A stretch of 64,000 bases of DNA from the IMG/VR virus record IMGVR_UViG_3300008116_000004; one strand, written 5' to 3'. Positions 18,855 to 29,258 of the stretch are shown here, piece by piece. Position numbers and translations under genes: made by a program. Every line of letters starts with the position of its first letter. Position 1 is the first letter of the stretch. The notes under the pieces are model-generated. The model was not told the origin of the DNA. It did no database searches and saw only the letters and a list, made by a program, of their open reading frames with translations. Source of the stretch: a virus.

Positions 18855-19255
18855 TTCTTTTTCTCACCATAAGCTGCATCTAGCTGTTTTACAATACTCT
18901 TAAGGTATGGAACTGCATCATCTGATACTGGTGCAGTTGTAGGAGTCTTTGGTTTTGACTCTTCATCTGCTTTCTTTTCAATTTCATCTAGTTGTTTCTT
19001 TGCATCAGCTTCTTGCTGTGCAATAATTTCTCTTATACGATCAGCATTAGTTTTGATAGTTTCTGTCTTTTCCTTGAACTCTTCTTCTTTTTTGTTGAAG
19101 AGTTCTTGCTGCATCATATTAAACTTCTCGGTAGCCTCATTCCATAAATTATGATCATGAATTGCTAACCAGGTAAAGAAAGAGCTGGATAGTAAAACTA
19201 CTATACCAATTATCTGCCCTATTCTATTACCCATAAAGAAACTTAAGAATGCCAT
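18851..19255 (-). CDS. Probable i-spanin
   Basis: N-terminal TM helix plus long coiled coil. Confidence 0.55.
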   Translation of the reverse strand: MAFLSFFMGNRIGQIIGIVVLLSSSFFTWLAIHDHNLWNEATEKFNMMQQELFNKKEEEFKEKTETIKTNADRIREIIAQQEADAKKQLDEIEKKADEESKPKTPTTAPVSDDAVPYLKSIVKQLDAAYGEKKK

Positions 19256-20016
19256 TATTTTTCCTTAGATATTTTCTCGATATAATTTGCATATTCTGTT
19301 ATACTATGATCAGCAAAGTTATCAATCTTACCTTTTTTAAGACCATCTCTCATTCCTCTAAAACGATCTTTTATTCTTTGCCATCCAGTAGGATTTCTTA
19401 ACTTACCATATGCATTAAGATAATGTTCAGTACCGTGGTGCTTGTAACCCATAATGGTAAATGGCACTCTTGTAACGATATCGTTATTATTAACCCATCT
19501 ATGATGTTTTACACCCAATGAGTTAGCATATTTTGGCCAACCAACTCTTGGTGAACCATATGTGTAGAGTTCTTCCGGGTCTGCTAATGACTTATCAAAT
19601 AGACATCTGCTCGCCATAATAGTTGCCATTGCAGCACCTAGTGAATGACCACAGAACCAAAGTGTAGTGGATGAATCAAGACTTTGAATATCTTCTTTTA
19701 CCAGTGGCCAAAGATCATCAACTTCCTTCTTAAATCCTTTATGAACTCTTGAAACTGTTTCTGATATTACAGGCCATGCACGAAGATCTGCTTTAATATC
19801 GTTCCATTGAGTAGGTTGTGTACCACGGCAGGATATTACACAATCTGTTTTGTTTTGAAATCTATAACTTTGTGCACCATCTACATCATAATATTCTACT
19901 TGATCGAATCCAAGCTTCTTAGCTTCTTTAGTAACCTTCTTTTGATCTAAGTAAGATATTTCGGAAAGACGTGCAAACAATAAACTACGTTGAATAAAGT
20001 CTAGATCTTTTATCAT
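19255..20016 (-). CDS. Class 3 lipase
   Basis: RGT, VHKGF, GHSLGAA nucleophile elbow, TYGSPRVG, DIVTRVP, DHSI. Confidence 0.88.
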   Translation of the reverse strand: MIKDLDFIQRSLLFARLSEISYLDQKKVTKEAKKLGFDQVEYYDVDGAQSYRFQNKTDCVISCRGTQPTQWNDIKADLRAWPVISETVSRVHKGFKKEVDDLWPLVKEDIQSLDSSTTLWFCGHSLGAAMATIMASRCLFDKSLADPEELYTYGSPRVGWPKYANSLGVKHHRWVNNNDIVTRVPFTIMGYKHHGTEHYLNAYGKLRNPTGWQRIKDRFRGMRDGLKKGKIDNFADHSITEYANYIEKISKEK

Positions 20017-20022
20017 AGTGTA

Positions 20023-20520
20023 TTACCTACGTAATATTGGCGCCAATATAATATTTCTTCTTTTATACTTTCTAGCCGCTTTTACAGGAACACCTAGTGT
20101 GTCTGGTGTAAGCCCAGCAATACCTGCTACTGTATTGACTGGAGCATGATCTTCTGCAAGTTCTGCTAATCTTAATTCTTCCATAGTAGTCTTAAGTTGA
20201 TCTTCTAAACCAAACATACCATTAATAAATGTTTCTTCATTCATTTTCTTAATAGGAGCAGTTCTGAGAAGTAACAAAGCTGCTGCCATAGTAGCTATTC
20301 TTGTACTACCACCTGGGACTTTAGCAATAAGTTTTTTTAAATTAATTACCATAGTATCAAAAAATCCCAATGCTTTCTTATCATCAGGAGAAAAATACTT
20401 TCTATCTCTTAGAAAATTACCCTTGTCATCAATAAGACCTCTGTCATATGCTGGCATCTTATCAAAAGGTGTAATAAGTTTTTTAATGAATTGATATACT
20501 AAAAATGTATCAACTACCAT
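20023..20520 (-). CDS. Conserved T4-like protein (probably virion-associated)
   Basis: YQFIKKLITPF..MPAY..GLIDDKG motif common in T4-like phages. Confidence 0.6.
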   Translation of the reverse strand: MVVDTFLVYQFIKKLITPFDKMPAYDRGLIDDKGNFLRDRKYFSPDDKKALGFFDTMVINLKKLIAKVPGGSTRIATMAAALLLLRTAPIKKMNEETFINGMFGLEDQLKTTMEELRLAELAEDHAPVNTVAGIAGLTPDTLGVPVKAARKYKRRNIILAPILRR

Positions 20521-20912
20521 CAGATTTTCCTTAGTTCGTTTAGTATTCTTTCATCTACTACAATATCTTTAGTATTTATTGTTCTATTTTCAACACCAAT
20601 ATTCTGTATAGTTTCTGGTAAAAGGTTTAGAAAAACTAGAAAGGATTTAAGTTGAGATTCCATTCCTTTACACTTTAAAAAGAGCATTTTTACTGTGGCT
20701 TGTGGACCAAAAACGTTGCATAATATAGTAATATGGTTTAAAATAAGACGTTCTTTCAAATCACCTTCTTCAACGTATCTATTAAGAAGTCTCTTAATAT
20801 ACTTAATTCTCTTTAGATCATCATAGAATTCTACAGTATCATAGCACTGTGGATTATCGTAGTGTCTAGCAGCAAATAATAAAAAATTAAATTCGTCAAG
20901 TTTATCAATCAT
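20520..20912 (-). CDS. Conserved T4-like hypothetical protein
   Basis: FAARHYDNPQC..EFYDDLKRIKYIKRL, ERLILNH. Confidence 0.65.
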   Translation of the reverse strand: MIDKLDEFNFLLFAARHYDNPQCYDTVEFYDDLKRIKYIKRLLNRYVEEGDLKERLILNHITILCNVFGPQATVKMLFLKCKGMESQLKSFLVFLNLLPETIQNIGVENRTINTKDIVVDERILNELRKI

Positions 20913-20915
20913 ATA

Positions 20916-22067
20916 TTAGAAATCGCTTAATGCTACTTTTTTCCAACTATTAGTTCCAACACATATGTAAATATTATTACTATCCCAGCTGGCTTGACCT
21001 GCAATACCTACAGAGTTATTAGCTTTAGTAGCTAAGGGTAGTATAAACGATATAGAAGTATTAACAGATACAGCAGTAGAATTAATTACCATTTTAGAAT
21101 CTACATTGGTAGTACCACCAGCATGTAATATTAATGAAGTACCTGTATTTGCAGTACCGATAGTTAGATCACCACCTTTATTATAAACATAAGAATCATT
21201 AGGACCACCTATGCTATAACTGGAATTACTATAATTACTACTATTAATACCTATATCAATATAAGGACCTGCATCACCATCTATATCACCTATATCATTA
21301 TACATAACTACATCTGTAGATGCATTATTACTTGCACTAGCATTTTTAACTGCTACTTGCGCGTAAGTGTCAACTGATGTATAAAATATAGGTACAGCTC
21401 TTTGTGTGTTAATATGACGCCATACTGACCCATCAAAAATCCACTCATCGCCAGCACCCTTTCCAATTAAATCATATGTAGAAACAAAAGTGCCTGTTAC
21501 TGGGTTTTCAATATAATTGCTACCGTATGCGTTACCGGAAAAAGTAGTAACTTTTACTTTATATTGACCACCATCATTAATATTTTTTATAAAATAACTT
21601 TTACCGGAGATTGCAGCAGGTGAAGATGCACTATCTGGTAAAATTATTCTTATATCTTGACTTATATTATTAGGGTCAGCAAATACAATATAATCATGTT
21701 TTTCTGCAAGATAAGTGTTAGAGGAATTAACAAGAGTATAGTCTTGCACACCAGAAAAAGCTGACCATATTGCACTATTGACTTGATCATCCCAACTTAA
21801 CAAGTAACCTTCATTTGTGTTTGAAGAAGGTAAAATAGAAAGTGTGTTTGCAGATAAAACACCGTTAGAGATAGTTAATCCATCACCAACTTTTATAGTA
21901 CCTCTAACTGTACTGTTAGCGTAATTTAAACTATTAGTTACACTGGTAGCAAAATTAGTAAGTGTAACTTTATTAGTAGAGGGTGACCCACCTGGATCAT
22001 GAACTACCATTAGTAGGTCTGTATTAGCAACGCTTGTTATAGCGTTTAGTTCTGAAATCTTAGGCAT
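20916..22067 (-). CDS. Virion structural / tail fibre-like protein
   Basis: MPKISEL start, S/N/T-rich, C-terminal WDSNNIYICVGTNSWKKVAL. Confidence 0.6.
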   Translation of the reverse strand: MPKISELNAITSVANTDLLMVVHDPGGSPSTNKVTLTNFATSVTNSLNYANSTVRGTIKVGDGLTISNGVLSANTLSILPSSNTNEGYLLSWDDQVNSAIWSAFSGVQDYTLVNSSNTYLAEKHDYIVFADPNNISQDIRIILPDSASSPAAISGKSYFIKNINDGGQYKVKVTTFSGNAYGSNYIENPVTGTFVSTYDLIGKGAGDEWIFDGSVWRHINTQRAVPIFYTSVDTYAQVAVKNASASNNASTDVVMYNDIGDIDGDAGPYIDIGINSSNYSNSSYSIGGPNDSYVYNKGGDLTIGTANTGTSLILHAGGTTNVDSKMVINSTAVSVNTSISFILPLATKANNSVGIAGQASWDSNNIYICVGTNSWKKVALSDF

Positions 22068-22089
22068 TAGTCACCCTCTATATTAGTTA

Positions 22090-22932
22090 TCAAGAATCAG
22101 GAAGTACTGAATCTTCGCCGTCACCAGACATTGAGCCCATTGCAACTAGTGTTTCATACTGAACACGTCCAGCACGGTTACCAGAACCTACTGTACGTAC
22201 TACCCAACCAGCGTGTGCAATACCCTTATTGCTACCACCACCAACAACGGCTGCACCTGTTGCTGTATCACCTTGTAGAGTGTGACCAGTTTCTGTTAGA
22301 CCCTTTGTAAGCGTGATTCTTGAACCACCTGAAGTAGTAGCAAGTGCTACAACAGTTGAATTTGCAAACTGAATGTAGTACTTAGTACCTGATGTAAGAC
22401 CACCAACTGCTGTATTACCAGTTGCTACTGTATAAGTTACAGGATCACCTGCAACAAATGCACCAGCAGATCCTAATGCAATAGTACTATTTGCACCACC
22501 ACCTGTACCTCCAGTTACTGCAGAGTTAGCATTAAAAGTGTTTGCAGTAGGAGCAGCAAAAGTAATAGAAGGATTAGTTTCATAAGATGAACCAGCATTG
22601 CTGATATTTGATCCACCAATCTTACCAGTATTGTTTGCTGTACCAGTAGCTGCAGCACTTGAACCGCCACCACCTGTGAAAGTAACAGTAGAGTTAGAAG
22701 TATAACCAGAACCTGCATTAGTTACAATAATCTGAATAACACCACCAGAACCAACACCAATTTCTGTAGTATCAACACCAAATTGACCTACTGTTAATCC
22801 GCTAACAATAGCATCGGCTGTTACGTTACCAAATAGAGCAGTTCTATTTGAAGAATTAGGTGCAAGATTAAATCCTGTACCTGCCCACAGCACTGAATTT
22901 GCTGCTGAGTCGTCGTTTTTCCATTGTGACAT
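22090..22932 (-). CDS. Virion structural protein (G/T/A-rich)
   Basis: NAGSGYT repeats, AHAGWV, GRVQYETLVAM. Confidence 0.65.
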   Translation of the reverse strand: MSQWKNDDSAANSVLWAGTGFNLAPNSSNRTALFGNVTADAIVSGLTVGQFGVDTTEIGVGSGGVIQIIVTNAGSGYTSNSTVTFTGGGGSSAAATGTANNTGKIGGSNISNAGSSYETNPSITFAAPTANTFNANSAVTGGTGGGANSTIALGSAGAFVAGDPVTYTVATGNTAVGGLTSGTKYYIQFANSTVVALATTSGGSRITLTKGLTETGHTLQGDTATGAAVVGGGSNKGIAHAGWVVRTVGSGNRAGRVQYETLVAMGSMSGDGEDSVLPDS

Positions 22933-23006
22933 TTGATTTTCTCCTTTGAGTAGAATTACAGACTTCTACCCAGTATTTATGGATTCTATAGTATCTAATG
23001 TACTAA

Positions 23007-23444
23007 TTATTGTTTAGATGTTGCTCTTAACATCCATTGGTGTTTTCTATGAATTTCCATACGACCTTGAAGGAAATTGGAAAGACCTATCTCACCTGCT
23101 TCATTAGCAAGTTTATCTAATTCACCAATTAAAAACATCACTTTAGTATTATCTTCCATAGCAACTCTTATCATCTGACTAGCAGGGAGTGTTTCAAATT
23201 GATCACTTACTACACTGAGTGCTGAAAATCTACCTAGAGAACCAGGTGCATATGCTTGTAATGCTCTAAGATGCTCTGCATAATTATCTACACTACCATG
23301 AACATCTGAATAAAGATCACCAAATAATTCATGATATTGAGGGAAGTTTGGACCCTCTACATTCCAATGAAAGAAATGCAATTTAAGATAGAATGAAAAA
23401 TTAGATGCATGTAATATTTTTAGTTTTTCAATAAGCTGTTCCAT
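23007..23444 (-). CDS. dps: Dps (DNA-protecting mini-ferritin)
   Basis: HFFHWNVEGPNFPQYHELF, D..AEH, HRKHQWML. Confidence 0.9.
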   Translation of the reverse strand: MEQLIEKLKILHASNFSFYLKLHFFHWNVEGPNFPQYHELFGDLYSDVHGSVDNYAEHLRALQAYAPGSLGRFSALSVVSDQFETLPASQMIRVAMEDNTKVMFLIGELDKLANEAGEIGLSNFLQGRMEIHRKHQWMLRATSKQ

Positions 23445-23626
23445 TAAGTTCCTCCGTTGCCACCGCCGTTCCCGCCTCCGGAGCTTGAACTTTTACCTGG
23501 TGGGTGTCTTTCTATTTTACCTGATGCCATACGAATTCCTACCATAGGAGGATTCCATGTTTTTCTTTTTCCTGTAGTTCCAGCTGGAACTGATAATTCT
23601 GATATAAATTGTTTAAACGTTACCAC
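23444..23626 (-). CDS. Small putative internal head protein
   Basis: N-terminus MVTFKQFISE resembles the T4 capsid-targeting sequence. Confidence 0.55.
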   Translation of the reverse strand: MVTFKQFISELSVPAGTTGKRKTWNPPMVGIRMASGKIERHPPGKSSSSGGGNGGGNGGT

Positions 23627-24000
23627 GCTTTACAACTCCAATATCTAGCTTTATGTCTAGGACCTGGACTATCACAATTATGTCTTGCACGGAATGATCT
23701 TCTACGTGCAGGTATATTCTTTTTAATTCTCATATTAGGATCACCAAAGTTAACCTTAACTACGTTACCTTTATCATTTCTAACGTAAACAGCTCTCTTT
23801 TTTGGTCCATCTGGTGTAAGGAATGGTTTACCTAATTTAACTTTACGTCCACCGTGTTCTGCTTCTTCTTCTATTTCGTTCCAGTCTTCGTAAAGCTCAT
23901 CACCTGATACAACAAAATCTTCTTCGATGAGTTCATGAATTTCCATTTCCTCATCTAATAGACAGCCATTTTCTTCTGAATGTTCTTTAAAGGTTTTCAT
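23620..24000 (-). CDS. Putative internal head protein (conserved phage domain)
   Basis: MKTFKEHSEE; GRKVKLGKPF, VNFGDPNM, ARYWSC. Confidence 0.65.
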   Translation of the reverse strand: MKTFKEHSEENGCLLDEEMEIHELIEEDFVVSGDELYEDWNEIEEEAEHGGRKVKLGKPFLTPDGPKKRAVYVRNDKGNVVKVNFGDPNMRIKKNIPARRRSFRARHNCDSPGPRHKARYWSCKAW

Positions 24001-24301
24001 TTTTATTTTTCTCTTTTACTATACCTTTATGAGATACATCATGCACTTTATATCCCATTTTATGGTATTTCATTTGTGTTTTAAAAATTGCATCGTGTTT
24101 ATTTTTAGCACGTATTTTATCTTTAAAGTATTCTTTATTACCATCTTTAGAAGCAGTAGTGTGTACCTTATGCTCTGGTTCTTGAAAGTTGGATATATCT
24201 TTAACCAGAACATTCTTTCTTTTTACTTTAAGTTCAGCAGTCTTCTGTCTTAAAGTAAGAGCTTCATTTAATTGATCTAAAAATTCTCTAAAAGTAATCA
24301 T
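23987..24301 (-). CDS. Putative internal head protein
   Basis: MITFREFLDQLNE N-terminus. Confidence 0.55.
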   Translation of the reverse strand: MITFREFLDQLNEALTLRQKTAELKVKRKNVLVKDISNFQEPEHKVHTTASKDGNKEYFKDKIRAKNKHDAIFKTQMKYHKMGYKVHDVSHKGIVKEKNKNENL

Positions 24302-27300
24302 TTTACCTTACCCACATCAGTTCTTCTTCTTACTTTTTCTACTGCTTTATTTAATGTTTCGGATGCAACAGGTGTTTTACTTTTAATACCAGTAAGTGTT
24401 CTAATTTTGTTAACTTTACCAATCAGTTCATTAGATAGTTCATTGAGAGTTTCTTCATTTGTACTTTTCCAACCACCACCTTTTGATTTATACCATTTTG
24501 CAGCCCAGCCGTTAGCATATGCAGAAGGATATACATCAAACTTACTTTTTGCTAAAGCTTTAGCTCTTGACCATAATTCAGGGTTGGTAGGTTTATTTTT
24601 CTCGTTTATTATTTCTTCAGATACAGGGGGTATTTTGCTACGCAGTTTATCTAGAGGATCAGAACGAAGCATCTTTCCTCCGCTACCATCTAGATCTGCA
24701 TCACCTTTTTTTAATTTACCTGATCTTGTAAAATGAAAACCTTTAGGAGCACTCTTAGTTTCCTTTATATTATTTTCTTCTTTTTGAGGACCAGGATTTT
24801 TACCTTTTTTCTTACCTGCTTTAATTAGAGCAATTGCAATAGCAGCTTGTTGTGCAGGATTTGCTGCTTCAGATTGTGTTTTATTGAGATCTCTAATTGT
24901 TTTAAGATGAGGATCTTCAATATAAGAATGTTCTTTTTCTAAACCCATACGTTTAGCATTAGTCATAATAAGATCAGCGATATGCTCTGCTTTTTCTATA
25001 TCGTCTTTATCTGAGTGACCAATTGCTACCACTTGTTTTTCTAATCTAAACAGAAGATCATGTAACATCATATTCTCAACTGCAAGATGAGACATCTGTG
25101 TTTTATTTTCTATACCTGTGTACAATTTTACTGCACTTGGACATATATCAAAGTGCTTAGTAGTATAACTACCAAATGTAACCTGACCTGAAGGAGTCAT
25201 TTCTACTTCTTCTGTTCTTACGTTGATAGGTGCACCACCTTTACCAGGGCGGTCAGCTACTGGATCTTCTCTTCTTTTTCTACGTGCAGCTAATGCACGA
25301 TCATCTTTATCCATTGCTCTTGCTTTTGCAATAGGAAGACATTTTGGTTTACCTTCACCTGGTTCTCTTGCACAATCACCTTTAATATTACCTTTAGTGT
25401 CCATGCGGACCCATTTATCTTTAAACCACTGGCGGAGATCTTCTTTTACTTCTTTTTTTTTATTTTCTTTATCAATAATAGCCTGATAGTCTGCAGCGTT
25501 TTGCTTTAAAGCAGCTGCTGCAGTATCTATTTTCTTACCAATACCTGGTCTTGCTTTCTCTATTTTTTCCCACGGTGATTTATAACCTTTACCATATGCT
25601 TCTGATTTAAACATATCTGGAGTATAATCATTTACATTAGGTAACTTTAAAGGTATTTTTGATTTAAAATCTGGTATAGTAGCTTTTGGTAATTTTAAAG
25701 CCTGTTTAGCAGTATCATTTGAAGGTGATGACATGTTGCTAGGTGGACCTTTACCAAAAGATGCTTCTGGTTGTTCATCAATTATTTGCTTTTTAATAGC
25801 TTGATGACGATAAGGTCTATCATCTGTTTTACGATCTTCACCTTTTCTAACTACTAGATCTATATCTTTACGTTCTTGACCAGAACGAGGAACTGCTTCT
25901 CTATTTTTACCAAATTGCTCATCAAAAACATTATCTAGATCTTCTTTTACATTCTCTTTTGCAGCCATTTCTATTTCTTTATCTAACGCATCTTTTTCAC
26001 GCATTCTTTTAAAGAAATCAGGATTATATCTATTCTTTACTGCATTGACTGCAAGAGTAACATCATCTTCAACTGCTATTTCTTTTTTTGCTTCTTCTAT
26101 TTCTTTTTCACCGGGTGTATCGTTTTTGTATATTTTAGTCAAAGATGATGTACCCCATTCTCTTTTATGGGTGTTACTACGGTCTATATCTTCTATTACT
26201 ACATCATAAATTGCATTTAGAAATTCGTATGACTCTAATAGATTTGATATATCAAGATCTTCTTTTGTAAATCTTCTTGATTCTTTTTTTCTAACCTGAG
26301 GTACTAGTCTCATTGCTAGTCTACGGATTGCTGCTTTTCTCTTTGAAACAATGTTTTCTATTCTCTGTTTTTCTGCAGCAGAAAGAGATTCAGGATCACG
26401 ACCACCTGCTAGTTTTGATTTCATCTTTTTAATTGCAAGTTTACGTGCTCTGTTTGTAATAACTTTTGTATTTGCTCTTCTTAACATAGAGCGTTTTCTA
26501 GCTAATTCAATACGGCTTTGGTAGCGGCGCATAATCATTGCTCTCTTCATTCTTTGTTGAAGAGTAATTTCGTCTAGTTGTTCTTCTTCTGTAAACAACT
26601 CATCAAATAAATCGTCTAGATCTTCTTTAATGGATTTAATGTGATCAGCAATTTCTTCAGCATGTGAATGCAATGCTTTCGGAAGACCTGATTTAAATGC
26701 TTTCATATTACCTGATCTTGCATGTTCACGCATCTTAGTACCAGACATACCTTCAGTACCTTCTGCATCTGGATCTCTATGACCTGCAGAAACCACTTTA
26801 ATTGACTTAAAATTATAATGACCTTCTTTGCCGTTATACTGATGAAGTTTCTTATGATAATCATCTACACGGTCTGAACCCGCTACCATTACTAAATGAT
26901 GGTAACCAGCATCATGCAGTTTCTTAGCCTGATGTAAGAAGGATGGGTGTTCTTTATCAGAAGAAGATACAGAAGTAGTTGGTTTAACTACCTTCTTAAG
27001 ATAACCTACTTTTTTCTCTTTAGGAAGAGGATTCTTACCATTACCTTCAGAATGTGATGCAATAATATGTGCATCACCTTTATGTTCTGAAGCTACCGAT
27101 TCTACTTTATGAATAAGCTTTTCGTGTCCAACAGTAGGAGGGTTATAACGGCCAAATGCCATAACTGCTGTTTTCTCTTTTTCTTCTTGAATAGGATTAA
27201 TAGTGATTTGATCAGGTTTAGAACCAGTCATAGTTCTTGACTTGGAAATAACGTCTTTAACAACAGTAGTTTTAAGCTTTTTTGAGCTAACCTGTGTGTT

Positions 27301-27330
27301 TTGATTGTTGTCTTTATTCTGATCTGACAT
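24298..27330 (-). CDS. Large multidomain protein with N-terminal cytidyltransferase-like domain; probable protease-processed head polyprotein
   Basis: AFGRYNPPTVGH, VAGSDRV, GMSGTKMR; later modules (EDLRQWFKDKWV, YPSAYANGW) separated by (I/L/V)xE sites. Confidence 0.7.
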   Translation of the reverse strand: MSDQNKDNNQNTQVSSKKLKTTVVKDVISKSRTMTGSKPDQITINPIQEEKEKTAVMAFGRYNPPTVGHEKLIHKVESVASEHKGDAHIIASHSEGNGKNPLPKEKKVGYLKKVVKPTTSVSSSDKEHPSFLHQAKKLHDAGYHHLVMVAGSDRVDDYHKKLHQYNGKEGHYNFKSIKVVSAGHRDPDAEGTEGMSGTKMREHARSGNMKAFKSGLPKALHSHAEEIADHIKSIKEDLDDLFDELFTEEEQLDEITLQQRMKRAMIMRRYQSRIELARKRSMLRRANTKVITNRARKLAIKKMKSKLAGGRDPESLSAAEKQRIENIVSKRKAAIRRLAMRLVPQVRKKESRRFTKEDLDISNLLESYEFLNAIYDVVIEDIDRSNTHKREWGTSSLTKIYKNDTPGEKEIEEAKKEIAVEDDVTLAVNAVKNRYNPDFFKRMREKDALDKEIEMAAKENVKEDLDNVFDEQFGKNREAVPRSGQERKDIDLVVRKGEDRKTDDRPYRHQAIKKQIIDEQPEASFGKGPPSNMSSPSNDTAKQALKLPKATIPDFKSKIPLKLPNVNDYTPDMFKSEAYGKGYKSPWEKIEKARPGIGKKIDTAAAALKQNAADYQAIIDKENKKKEVKEDLRQWFKDKWVRMDTKGNIKGDCAREPGEGKPKCLPIAKARAMDKDDRALAARRKRREDPVADRPGKGGAPINVRTEEVEMTPSGQVTFGSYTTKHFDICPSAVKLYTGIENKTQMSHLAVENMMLHDLLFRLEKQVVAIGHSDKDDIEKAEHIADLIMTNAKRMGLEKEHSYIEDPHLKTIRDLNKTQSEAANPAQQAAIAIALIKAGKKKGKNPGPQKEENNIKETKSAPKGFHFTRSGKLKKGDADLDGSGGKMLRSDPLDKLRSKIPPVSEEIINEKNKPTNPELWSRAKALAKSKFDVYPSAYANGWAAKWYKSKGGGWKSTNEETLNELSNELIGKVNKIRTLTGIKSKTPVASETLNKAVEKVRRRTDVGKVK

Positions 27331-27371
27331 TATATTTCTCTTTTGAAATTGTTATTTTATATTTATTGTTC

Positions 27372-28724
27372 TTAATAAACTTCACGCCACTGCATGTTTA
27401 CACCGACATATGTCGAATTTGATGAAGAAAGATTGGTAGCAGTGACAACAAATACTTGTGAATTGTTGCTGTAGTAATTTTGAGCAATATAGTTCTTTTT
27501 AGCTGTACTTGGCATATTTGGATTTGTTATACCTGATGATGAGGTAGTAGAAGCAGCTCTTGGATTATTAGCAGCAGCAAATCCACCATCCATTACTTCA
27601 CCGTCATTATAATTAGTAGCTGTTGCATTATACTGTATACCACTAGAAGGATGAACATCCACCCAAGAACCACCTGTAATTACTGACGTATTTGCAAGTT
27701 TAATTACATCATATCTAACATTCTCATCAGTAGAAAGAATAGTAATATTGCCTAATCTTGCAATCATTCTGTTTGAATAGCCGTTGAAGGTATCCTTTAA
27801 TTTAATAGCCATAATCGGTGTTGTATTACCACCTGCAAGTAATCTTAGCCCACTATGCCATGCAAAATCTTGACCTGATTCTAGATAACCACCTTCAGAT
27901 ATTACTGTAGAACATATCTGATCCATATAAGCATTAGCTGTTCTTGTACCCGTATTAAATATCTCACATCTAATTGGTAGATTGGGACTACTCATATAAA
28001 CTTTATCTAGGTTGTTACTATTATAAAATTCATGAGCGGGTATAAACTTACCATCATGAACAAAACCAGTACGAACTCTACCAACACCCAGCCATTGAAA
28101 ATCTATAAAAACAATTTGTGTTTTAGTAATGTCAATATTAAAACCGGAAGGACCGTTTCCATCACAAGTATCTACATTCCAATCAGCCTGTGTAACTTTT
28201 CTGCTATCATCGGGTGAACCACCAGTATAAGTTCTAATACAAAAACTTATTTGACCGTTACCAGCTTGTTCAAAGTAAATACCGTTGTTATCATCATAAT
28301 AACCTGTGCGTTTAGTAACATTGGTATTTGCACCATAAAAATTAAAAGTAGTTTTAATTAACTGACTCTTGCCTGGCAAATATTGATGGTAGAATTTTGT
28401 CTGGTGAACAACGCTGCTGGTTGAATTGTTTGCAGTAGTAAGACGTGCACAAGCTTGATTAGGTAAAAAAGTTACTGTGCCGTTTGCTGCTAAAATATCT
28501 TCAAATGCAGGATCAATACCATAAAGATGTTTGTAATCACCTAAAGTAAATGCATCTGATGTTCTTAATCTACCAAATGCGTCTGATTGTCCTGCTTCTA
28601 ATGCTACTGGAAATCTATTATATTCATCATAAAAGGCACCATTACTATCAGCAGTCATTACGACTTCAAATATAGTATTACCGTCGGCTAAAAATCTTTT
28701 AGTATCGCGTCTATACTGAGCCAT
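27372..28724 (-). CDS. Conserved virion structural protein
   Basis: DAFGRLRTS, YLPGKSQ, IDFQWLGVGRVR. Confidence 0.6.
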   Translation of the reverse strand: MAQYRRDTKRFLADGNTIFEVVMTADSNGAFYDEYNRFPVALEAGQSDAFGRLRTSDAFTLGDYKHLYGIDPAFEDILAANGTVTFLPNQACARLTTANNSTSSVVHQTKFYHQYLPGKSQLIKTTFNFYGANTNVTKRTGYYDDNNGIYFEQAGNGQISFCIRTYTGGSPDDSRKVTQADWNVDTCDGNGPSGFNIDITKTQIVFIDFQWLGVGRVRTGFVHDGKFIPAHEFYNSNNLDKVYMSSPNLPIRCEIFNTGTRTANAYMDQICSTVISEGGYLESGQDFAWHSGLRLLAGGNTTPIMAIKLKDTFNGYSNRMIARLGNITILSTDENVRYDVIKLANTSVITGGSWVDVHPSSGIQYNATATNYNDGEVMDGGFAAANNPRAASTTSSSGITNPNMPSTAKKNYIAQNYYSNNSQVFVVTATNLSSSNSTYVGVNMQWREVY

Positions 28725-29258
28725 TTATTTTTTCCATGCTTTAGTAGCAGCAAAATTAGCTGCTGAAAACTCACCTCTATTGACTAATTTAATTGATCCA
28801 CCATTATGATGTGCAACATATCCTTCTGGATGTGTTTCTTTACCATCAATATGATGCTCCATTCCACCTTCAGTTTTATTCGCTTTGTTCAAACCATGAA
28901 CTAGAATATTTTTAGCAGCCTGAATATGATGGTGTAATTTTAATGCATTATCAAAATGCTTTTCATTCTCATCATGATGTTTAAGATCAGCATTCATTGT
29001 TTCTTTCTTCTTTGCTTTTGCAGTAGGAGTAGAAACACTATCGATTGCTTTTTGATGTCTTGCTTGAATATGTGAACGTAAACCTTTAGTAGTAGGCTTA
29101 TCACCAGATCTTACTGTTTGATTAATATATGTAGTAAGATGTTCTGAATGTTTATTTACAACATTATGGAAGTCATGAGGCATCTTATCATGTAATTCTT
29201 TTGCTTTTGCCATATGATGTTCAAAAGCATCAGATTGTTCTTTAGATAGATTACTCAT
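28725..29258 (-). CDS. His-rich protein, C-terminal half of a DUF6267-like family
   Basis: PEGYV...KLVNRGEFSAANF C-terminal motif. Confidence 0.6.
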   Translation of the reverse strand: MSNLSKEQSDAFEHHMAKAKELHDKMPHDFHNVVNKHSEHLTTYINQTVRSGDKPTTKGLRSHIQARHQKAIDSVSTPTAKAKKKETMNADLKHHDENEKHFDNALKLHHHIQAAKNILVHGLNKANKTEGGMEHHIDGKETHPEGYVAHHNGGSIKLVNRGEFSAANFAATKAWKK

